Positions 8,729 through 14,732 of a stretch of 25,359 nt of DNA are shown piece by piece. The notes beneath the pieces were generated by a model. The model saw only the letters and a program-made list of their open reading frames with translations. It was not told the DNA's origin and ran no database searches. Positions within the stretch are counted from its first letter, which is position 1, and the number at the start of each line of letters is the position of its first letter. A program made the translations under genes and the position numbers. Location: assembly GCA_046096165.1 (NCBI GenBank), contig JBJTJU010000091.1:1-25359 (forward strand), given 5' to 3'. The stretch is from Phycisphaerales bacterium (GTDB lineage Bacteria; Planctomycetota; Phycisphaerae; Phycisphaerales; SM1A02).

Positions 8729-9567
8729 CGCGACTCGGGCGATGGCTGTCGCCCGGCGTCCGGTTCGAGGGCGGCGCGGCCGCATGGTTCTGCGCGCGAT
8801 GCGGCTACGAATGCCGCAGCGGCGAGGCCGTGCGCTGCAGCGAGTGCGGCGCGGAAATCGATCCATCGACCGGGCGCGGACTGAGGCGCTCGGCGCCCGG
8901 GGCGCTGGCGCAGGCGCTGATGCGGGCGCCGGCGCTGCCGATGCTCGCCTGCGGGCTGATGGCAGCCGCCGCCTTGGCATGGGGCCGCTCGGTGCCGGGG
9001 GGCTACTTCCTGTGGCAGATGGTCGCCGCCGCGGCCCTGGTGCTCCTGACGGGCCTCTCCCTCCTTCGCATGCTGGTCGCCGGATTCGTGTCCAACCGCC
9101 ACGGCCGGCTGGGTGACTGCGCCCGGCAGCGGGGCTGGTGGGCGGTCCCGGCGGCATGCATCGCCGCGACCGCCGTCGCGCTGTCGCCGCTTCCGCTCTA
9201 CGTCGGGTTCCGGATGCGCCGCGGCGATCTGGATGCGCTGGCGGCGCGCTGGGCGGCGGGGAACATGGACGGGCTCGGCGCCTTGGAGCGCGAGTGCGCG
9301 GGCCGAGGCCTGCGGGTGAGGTTCGACGCGGACGGGAAGCCCGAGGCGCCGATCGAACTCGGGCCGGGGTTGCTGCAACCGCTCGTCCGCGACGGGGCGG
9401 AGGCAGACTGGCGCGGGTTCTCCGTCGAGGTCTCAGAGACCGGCTTCCTGTTCGAGGTCGGCGGCTACGTCTACCTGCCCGACCTGGGGGAAGACCAGGT
9501 CCCCGCGAACACCATCATCTCACCGCTCGGCGGCGGGTGGTGGCAGGGCATCGTGTGGCGTGACTGA
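8725..9567 (+). CDS. Hypothetical membrane protein with N-terminal CxxC-x11-CxxC zinc-ribbon motif
   Basis: GTG 8725 overlaps the dacB TGA. Contains WFCARCGYECRSGEAVRCSECG, about 3-4 hydrophobic segments, and a C-terminal aromatic/Gly motif (GGYVYLPD...PLGGGWW). Confidence 0.7.
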   Translation: MTRLGRWLSPGVRFEGGAAAWFCARCGYECRSGEAVRCSECGAEIDPSTGRGLRRSAPGALAQALMRAPALPMLACGLMAAAALAWGRSVPGGYFLWQMVAAAALVLLTGLSLLRMLVAGFVSNRHGRLGDCARQRGWWAVPAACIAATAVALSPLPLYVGFRMRRGDLDALAARWAAGNMDGLGALERECAGRGLRVRFDADGKPEAPIELGPGLLQPLVRDGAEADWRGFSVEVSETGFLFEVGGYVYLPDLGEDQVPANTIISPLGGGWWQGIVWRD

Positions 9568-9587
9568 GCGCTGAACGCCGCTCAGTC
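9562..9587. terminator. Hairpin between convergent genes (possible bidirectional terminator or pause site)
   Basis: GACTGAGCG (9562-9570) pairs with CGCTCAGTC (9579-9587): a 9-bp perfect stem with an 8-nt loop. There is no U-tract on either side, so it is not a canonical intrinsic terminator. Confidence 0.4.
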
Positions 9588-10007
9588 CCCGGGCCCCCAG
9601 GGGTCGACCAGCTCGAGTTCCGCCCCCTCGAAGTGGCGGCCGTTGCGCGTCGCCAGGCGTCCCCGCGCCGCGGACACGATTCCGGCGATCTGGACATCGC
9701 GGACGTCGATCGGCCGCCCACGCGCGGCGAGCGTCGAGGCGATGGATGCCGCCGCCGCGGCGGCACCTGGGTCGAAATCAAGCACCCGCCCCGCGAGGTC
9801 CTCCGCGACCACGAGCTCGAAGGCCTGACGGAGCGCCTCGCGACGTCGACCCCGCGGCATCCGCTCAAGCCCGAACTGCACCTCGAAGAGCGTGATCGAC
9901 GTCGTCCAGATGGACGATGCAGGCTGCCGATCGATCCACGCAGCGACCGCCGGGTCCGGCTCGCGGCGCATGAGCGCCGAAAGCACGTTCGTGTCGAGGA
10001 CGATCAT
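9582..10007 (-). CDS. vapC: Type II toxin-antitoxin VapC/FitB-family PIN-domain ribonuclease toxin
   Basis: 141 aa, with MIVLDTNVLS (D5), ITLFEV (E42), GRPIDVRDVQIAGI and LATRNGRHF. ATGA overlap with the upstream antitoxin. Confidence 0.93.
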   Translation of the reverse strand: MIVLDTNVLSALMRREPDPAVAAWIDRQPASSIWTTSITLFEVQFGLERMPRGRRREALRQAFELVVAEDLAGRVLDFDPGAAAAAASIASTLAARGRPIDVRDVQIAGIVSAARGRLATRNGRHFEGAELELVDPWGPGD

Positions 10008-10252
10008 CGCCGCAACGCCGCCGGCATGGCCGGGGTGCCGCGGAGTTCGTCGATCTCCGACTCGAACCCGACCTTGGCGAACCGCGCGGCGATCCGGCGG
10101 CCGACGGGCTGTTCCGCCCGACCGCCTGCCGCGACGGCAGCCCGGAGGATGAGGCGCACCTCCTCCTCCATGCTGCGGCCATGGCGCGCCGCCAGGGCGC
10201 GGAGGCGGTCGCGCACCGCCTCTTCGAGGTTTCGGACGATGATCTGGGCCAC
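10004..10252 (-). CDS. FitA-like ribbon-helix-helix antitoxin (VapB class)
   Basis: GTG start gives an 82-aa protein, MAQIIVRNLEEAVRDRLRALAARHGRSMEEEVRLIL, typical of FitA/plasmid-stability RHH proteins. It lies directly upstream of the PIN toxin. Confidence 0.88.
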   Translation of the reverse strand: MAQIIVRNLEEAVRDRLRALAARHGRSMEEEVRLILRAAVAAGGRAEQPVGRRIAARFAKVGFESEIDELRGTPAMPAALRR

Positions 10253-10258
10253 GGGTAA

Positions 10259-10287
10259 ATGATAGCGTGCTAGCATCTGCCGGTCAA
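10259..10287 (-). promoter_or_regulatory. Sigma70-type promoter of the toxin-antitoxin operon (TTGACC-N17-TATCAT) with overlapping operator TGCTAGCACGCTATCA (10260-10275)
   Basis: On the minus strand the -35 is at 10282-10287, the spacer is exactly 17 nt, the -10 is at 10259-10264, and 6 nt separate it from the GTG start. An imperfect palindrome covers the spacer and -10. Confidence 0.8.
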
Positions 10288-10364
10288 GCATAGAGCGGTG
10301 CTTCGCCGGCTCATTTCGACACGGCGGTATTTCGACGCAGCCGGGACCTCCCCCCACCCCGCCC

Positions 10365-10370
10365 TAGACT
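10365..10370 (+). promoter_or_regulatory. Putative -10 box TAGACT, 6 nt before the recQ ATG (leaderless-type)
   Basis: TAGACT-CCGGCC-ATG, with no SD. The same hexamer precedes kdsD, pyrF and the DUF971 gene. Confidence 0.65.
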
Positions 10371-10376
10371 CCGGCC

Positions 10377-12359
10377 ATGCGGATGGACCCGCCGGCTCTT
10401 GCGCAGGATGCGCCCGGCATCGCCTTGGCGGGCGGTGCGGCGGGAGGAGTGGCCGTGGCCGGGGCAGCGCCCGGAGCGGGCGCGCTGGACCCCCTGGTGA
10501 TGGAGGACGTGCGCCGGGTGTGGGGCTTCGACGCCCTGCGGCCGCTGCAGGCCGAGGCCATCGCCGCGGGGATCGCCGGACGCGACAGCCTGGTCGTGAT
10601 GCCGACCGGCGGCGGCAAGAGCCTCTGCTACCAGGTGCCGCCGCTTGCCGCGGCGCGCGGGGGCGATGCGCGGATCGACGTCTGCGTCAGCCCGCTCATC
10701 GCCCTGATGAAGGACCAGGTGGACGGCCTGCGCACGAACGGCTATCCGGCGGCCGCGCTCCACTCCGGGATGGGCGCCGACGACCGCGAGGCCGTGCGCC
10801 GTTCCGTGCGCGCGGGCGAGGTGCGGCTCCTCTTCGTCTCGCCGGAACGGCTCCTCGCCCCGGGCTTCGACACGTGGCTCGGCTCGGTCGGCGTGCGGGC
10901 GATCGCGATCGACGAAGCGCACTGCATCAGCCAGTGGGGCCACGACTTCCGGCCGGAATACCGCCAGCTCGCCCGCCTGCGCGCTGCGTTCCCGCGCGTG
11001 AGCCTGCATGCCTGCACCGCCACGGCCACCCCGCGCGTGCGCCAGGACATCGTCGCGCAGCTCGAGCTGCGCGACCCGCTGGTACTCGTCGGCAGCTTCG
11101 ACCGCCCGAACCTCGTGTACCGGGTGGAACCCCGGGTGGACGGCCGGCGCCAGCTGCTCGAGGTGCTCTCGCGCCACCGCGGCGACGCGGTGATCGTCTA
11201 TTGCCTGAGCCGCAAGGAAACCGAGGGCCTCGCGGAATTCCTGCGAAAGGACGGGTTCCAGGCAGGCTGCTACCACGCCGGCCTTGCCCCCGAGGAACGC
11301 CACCGCGTGCAGGAGGCGTTCGCCGAGGAGCGCCTCGACGTCGTGGTGGCCACGGTCGCCTTCGGCATGGGGATCGACCGCAGCAACGTGCGCGCGGTGG
11401 TGCACATGACGATGCCGAAGAGCGTGGAGCACTACCAGCAGGAGACGGGGCGCGCGGGCCGCGACGGGCTCGAGAGCGAGTGCGTGCTCTTCCACTCCTA
11501 TGCCGACGTCGTCAAGTGGCAGTCGATCACCGAGTCGAGCGTCGCCGAGGCACGCGAGCGCGCCGAGTCCTCCGGCGCCGACGAGGAGTCGCTCGCGGCG
11601 CTCGACGACTCGCTGGCCCAGGGGCGTGCGCAGCTCGATGCCATGCAGCGGATGGCCGGGAGCGCCGTCTGCCGGCACCGGTGGATCGTGGAGCACTTCG
11701 GGCAGGCGTGGACGCCCCGCGAAGGCGGCTGCGGCGCCTGCGACGTGTGCCTCGGCGAGGTGCGGATGCTGCCGGACTCGACGACCGTGGCGCGCAAGCT
11801 CCTGAGCGCCGTGGTGCGCACGGGCCAGCGCTACGGCGCCGCGTACGTGGCCGACGTCGCGCGCGGCGCCGAGACCGAGGAGGTGGCCCGGCGCGGGCAT
11901 GCATCGCTTCCCACCTACGGCGCGCTGCGCGGGGAGGACCGAAACGTGCTGGTGAACTGCGTGTTCCAGCTGGTCGAGCACGGCCTGCTCGAGCGCACCG
12001 ACGGCGAGCACCCGGTGCTCGTGATCACCGCCGAGGGCCACCGCGCCCTGCGCGGCGAGGTCGAGGTGCCCCTGCGCGCCCCGCCCCGCGGCCGCGGACG
12101 CCGCCACGCCACCGCGCGCGAGGTGCACGGCGCGCACGAGGTGGACACGTCGCTCTTCGAGCGGCTGCGCGCGCTGCGGCGCGAGCTGGCCGCGCAGCGC
12201 GGCGTGCCGCCCTACGTCATCTTCAGCGACGCGACGCTCCTGGAGATGGCCGCACGCAAGCCCACGACGCTCGAGGCGCTGGCCTCGGTGAAGGGCGTGG
12301 GCGAGAAGAAGCTCGCCGACCTCGGCGAGACCTTCCTCGCCGCGATCACGTCAGGTTGA
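10377..12359 (+). CDS. recQ: ATP-dependent DNA helicase RecQ (helicase core, Zn-binding, RQC, HRDC)
   Basis: MPTGGGKSLCYQ (motif I), DEAHCISQWGHDFRPEY (motif II and aromatic loop), QETGRAGRDG (motif VI), Zn ligands CRH...CGACDVC, and a C-terminal HRDC (LFERLRALRRELA...VPPYVIFSDATL). Confidence 0.96.
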   Translation: MRMDPPALAQDAPGIALAGGAAGGVAVAGAAPGAGALDPLVMEDVRRVWGFDALRPLQAEAIAAGIAGRDSLVVMPTGGGKSLCYQVPPLAAARGGDARIDVCVSPLIALMKDQVDGLRTNGYPAAALHSGMGADDREAVRRSVRAGEVRLLFVSPERLLAPGFDTWLGSVGVRAIAIDEAHCISQWGHDFRPEYRQLARLRAAFPRVSLHACTATATPRVRQDIVAQLELRDPLVLVGSFDRPNLVYRVEPRVDGRRQLLEVLSRHRGDAVIVYCLSRKETEGLAEFLRKDGFQAGCYHAGLAPEERHRVQEAFAEERLDVVVATVAFGMGIDRSNVRAVVHMTMPKSVEHYQQETGRAGRDGLESECVLFHSYADVVKWQSITESSVAEARERAESSGADEESLAALDDSLAQGRAQLDAMQRMAGSAVCRHRWIVEHFGQAWTPREGGCGACDVCLGEVRMLPDSTTVARKLLSAVVRTGQRYGAAYVADVARGAETEEVARRGHASLPTYGALRGEDRNVLVNCVFQLVEHGLLERTDGEHPVLVITAEGHRALRGEVEVPLRAPPRGRGRRHATAREVHGAHEVDTSLFERLRALRRELAAQRGVPPYVIFSDATLLEMAARKPTTLEALASVKGVGEKKLADLGETFLAAITSG

Positions 12360-13107
12360 GCTCGATCTCGATCGTGCCGTTGATCTTGTCCTGGCGGATG
12401 CCGACCTTCTGCTCGCGCGCGAGCTCGAGCATCGCGAGGAACATGCCGATCGCCTCGCCGCGGGTCTTGCCGGAGAAGACCTCCTGCAGCGTCATGCGCT
12501 TCTCGGGCGCGCGCTCGAGCCGGTCGACGAGGTCGGCCTGGTGCAGCGAGATCGGCGTGTCGTCGTACTCGACGCGGTGGTCGCCGACGCGCGAGAGGTC
12601 GATCCCCGCCACGATGCGCTCGTAGGCGTCGATCAGGTCCAGGATGTGGACGTCCTCGAGGTCGAGGTCGCGCCCATCGCCCTCCTCCGCCGGGGCGCCG
12701 CGGCCGGTGACGGCCCAGCGCTGTGCATGCTGCGCGCGCAGGCGCGCGAGCTCGTCGGCGGCGCTGCGGTAGCGCTGGTAGGCCATGAGCTGCTTGACGA
12801 GCTCGAAGCGCGGGTCGGTCTCGTCGAGCGCGCCGGCGCCGGCGCCCTCGCGCTGCGCGAGCTTCTCGGCCGGGGCGAGCGTCCGGCTCTTGATCTCCAC
12901 CAGCGTCGCCGCCATCACCAGGAACTCCCCCGCGACGTCGATGTCGATCGAGTCGAGGTGCTTCAGGAACGAGAAGTACTGCTCCGTGATCTCGTGGATC
13001 GGGATGTCGGCGACGTCGACCTCGGCGCGGCGGATGAGGAAGAGGAGGAGGTCAAGCGGCCCCTGGAAGCCGTCGAGCCGCACCTGGTAGTCGTCCTGCA
13101 GCGCCAT
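12346..13107 (-). CDS. scpA: Segregation and condensation protein A (kleisin)
   Basis: N-terminal YQVRLDGFQGPLDLLLFLIR...DIPIHEITEQY, AGEFLVMAATLVEIKSRTL, and a C-terminal winged helix (FLAMLELAREQKV). Its 3' end overlaps recQ by 14 bp. Confidence 0.92.
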   Translation of the reverse strand: MALQDDYQVRLDGFQGPLDLLLFLIRRAEVDVADIPIHEITEQYFSFLKHLDSIDIDVAGEFLVMAATLVEIKSRTLAPAEKLAQREGAGAGALDETDPRFELVKQLMAYQRYRSAADELARLRAQHAQRWAVTGRGAPAEEGDGRDLDLEDVHILDLIDAYERIVAGIDLSRVGDHRVEYDDTPISLHQADLVDRLERAPEKRMTLQEVFSGKTRGEAIGMFLAMLELAREQKVGIRQDKINGTIEIELNLT

Positions 13108-13147
13108 GGGCGATGAGCGTACCGCGCTGCAGGGGTAGACTCACGCC
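13108..13147. promoter_or_regulatory. Compact divergent promoter region: TACGCT (minus, 13116-13121, 8 nt before scpA ATG) and TAGACT (plus, 13136-13141, 6 nt before kdsD ATG)
   Basis: The 40-bp intergenic region holds two outward-facing TAnnnT boxes and no SD for either gene. Confidence 0.6.
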
Positions 13148-14194
13148 ATGACCGTGCCGAAGGCAACGCCCGACCGCGCCGCCGCCGAGCGGGGCGCGCC
13201 CGACGAGGCAGCGTTCCTGCGCGAGGCGATGCTCGCCGAGGCCGACGCCGTGCGCCGGGCCGCCGAGCGCGCCGCCGGAGAGGACGCCGGGCGCTGGTCC
13301 GCGGCGGTGGGCATGGTCGAGCGCTGCACCGGCCACGTGATGGTGTCCGGGATGGGAAAGAGCGGCCTGATCGGGCAGAAGATCGCCGCCACCCTGTCGA
13401 GCCTGGGCGTCCCGAGCCACTTCACCCACCCGAGCGAGGCGATGCACGGAGACCTGGGCCGGGTGCGGCCGGGCGACGTGGCCCTCCTCCTGAGCTACTC
13501 GGGCGGCACCGAGGAGGTGGTGAACCTCGCCGCCATCCTGCGCACCGACGGCATCCCGCGGATCGGGATCAGCTGCAACCACCAGACCCACCTCGCGCGC
13601 CTCTCTGACGCGCACCTGGCGATCGGCGACGTGGTCGAGGCATGCCCGATGAACCTGGCGCCGACGGCAAGCACCACCGCCATGCTCGCGATGGGCGACG
13701 CGCTGGCGCTTGCCGTGAGCCGCCGGAGGAACTTCCAGGCGGACGACTTCCGCCGCCGGCACCCGGGCGGTGCGCTGGGCGCGGGCCTGCGCGGCGTGAC
13801 CGAGGTGCTGCGCTTCCGGGTCGGCGAGAACCTCTCGACCGTGCGCGAGGGCGTCTCCGTGGCCGATGCCCTCCGCACCACCGGCGACGGCCGGCGTGCC
13901 GGCGCGCTCCTCGTCGTCGACGACGCGGGGCGGCTGGTCGGGATCTTCACCGACGGCGACCTGCGGCGGCGCATGAACGAGCTGGGCGCGTCGCTGCTCG
14001 GGCGCCCCGTGCGCGACGTGATGACCGCCCGCCCGACCGCCCTGCCCGCCGACGCCCTGGTGCGCGACGCGGTGCAGCTGGTGCGCGAGCGCCGGCTCGA
14101 CGAGATCCCGGTGGTCGGCCACGACGGCCAGCCCATCGGGCTGATCGACGTGCAGGACCTGGTGTCGATGAAGGTGGTCGACCTCGGCGCGTGA
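13148..14194 (+). CDS. kdsD: KpsF/GutQ/KdsD family arabinose-5-phosphate isomerase (SIS domain plus two CBS domains)
   Basis: SGMGKSGLIGQKIAATLSSLG, HPSEAMHGDLG, APTASTTAMLAMGDALA and HPGGALG, followed by CBS repeats (GIFTDGDLRR, DVMTARP). Confidence 0.88.
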   Translation: MTVPKATPDRAAAERGAPDEAAFLREAMLAEADAVRRAAERAAGEDAGRWSAAVGMVERCTGHVMVSGMGKSGLIGQKIAATLSSLGVPSHFTHPSEAMHGDLGRVRPGDVALLLSYSGGTEEVVNLAAILRTDGIPRIGISCNHQTHLARLSDAHLAIGDVVEACPMNLAPTASTTAMLAMGDALALAVSRRRNFQADDFRRRHPGGALGAGLRGVTEVLRFRVGENLSTVREGVSVADALRTTGDGRRAGALLVVDDAGRLVGIFTDGDLRRRMNELGASLLGRPVRDVMTARPTALPADALVRDAVQLVRERRLDEIPVVGHDGQPIGLIDVQDLVSMKVVDLGA

Positions 14195-14221
14195 GCGCCG
14201 GGGGCCACACGGGCCGCACCG

Positions 14222-14698
14222 TCAGCCCTGCGCGCGCTTCAGTTCCTCGAGCATCCGCTTCAGCGCGCGCACGCGCAGCAGGCTGCGCACGCGGGTCACC
14301 AGCTCCAGCTTGTTGACCGGCTTGGTGAGGAAGTCGTCGCAGCCGCACTCGACGGCGCGCTCGAAGTCCCCCACCTCGTGGAGCGCGGTCACCATGATGA
14401 CCACGGTGTCGCGCAGCGCGGGGTTCGACTTGATCTTCTGGCAGACCTCGAAGCCCGACATGCGGGGCATCATCACGTCGAGCAGGATCAGGTCGGGGCG
14501 GAACCGCTCGGCCACCTGCATGGCCTCGACGCCGTCGACGGCGGAGGCGATCTCGACCGGGAGCGACTCGAGGTAGGCCTGGACGAGCTCGGTGTTCTGG
14601 GGGTTGTCGTCGACCACCAGCACGCGGGAGCCGCGGATGTCGACCGGGCCCGTGCCGTCCTCGGCGAGCGCGACGGGATCGTTGGAAACGCTGTCCAT
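14222..14698 (-). CDS. Stand-alone response regulator (REC domain plus short C-terminal helix)
   Basis: VLVVDDN, phospho-acceptor LLDVMMP, IMVTA and DFLTKPV, followed by a coiled-coil-like tail with no output domain. Start set at ATG 14698; the longer track ORF overlaps the next gene. Confidence 0.9.
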   Translation of the reverse strand: MDSVSNDPVALAEDGTGPVDIRGSRVLVVDDNPQNTELVQAYLESLPVEIASAVDGVEAMQVAERFRPDLILLDVMMPRMSGFEVCQKIKSNPALRDTVVIMVTALHEVGDFERAVECGCDDFLTKPVNKLELVTRVRSLLRVRALKRMLEELKRAQG

Positions 14699-14706
14699 GG
14701 CGGGGA

Positions 14707-14712
14707 ATCCTA
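14707..14712 (-). promoter_or_regulatory. Putative -10 box TAGGAT, 8 nt before the response regulator ATG
   Basis: The minus strand reads TAGGAT-TCCCCGCC-ATG inside a 34-bp intergenic gap. Confidence 0.5.
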
Positions 14713-14732
14713 CGCGAACCGCGCCGAGCGGG

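Noticed and set aside
8725-10360. Toxin-antitoxin pair plus Zn-ribbon gene as a mobile element or defence island
   Set aside because: I saw no integrase, transposase, tRNA attachment site or flanking direct repeats. A lone toxin-antitoxin pair is not enough.
10350-10364. G-rich tract on the minus strand (GGG-C-GGGG-T-GGGGGG) just upstream of the recQ -10, a possible G-quadruplex at the promoter of a G4-unwinding helicase
   Set aside because: It lacks four separate G3 runs with loops, and such tracts are common at this GC content.
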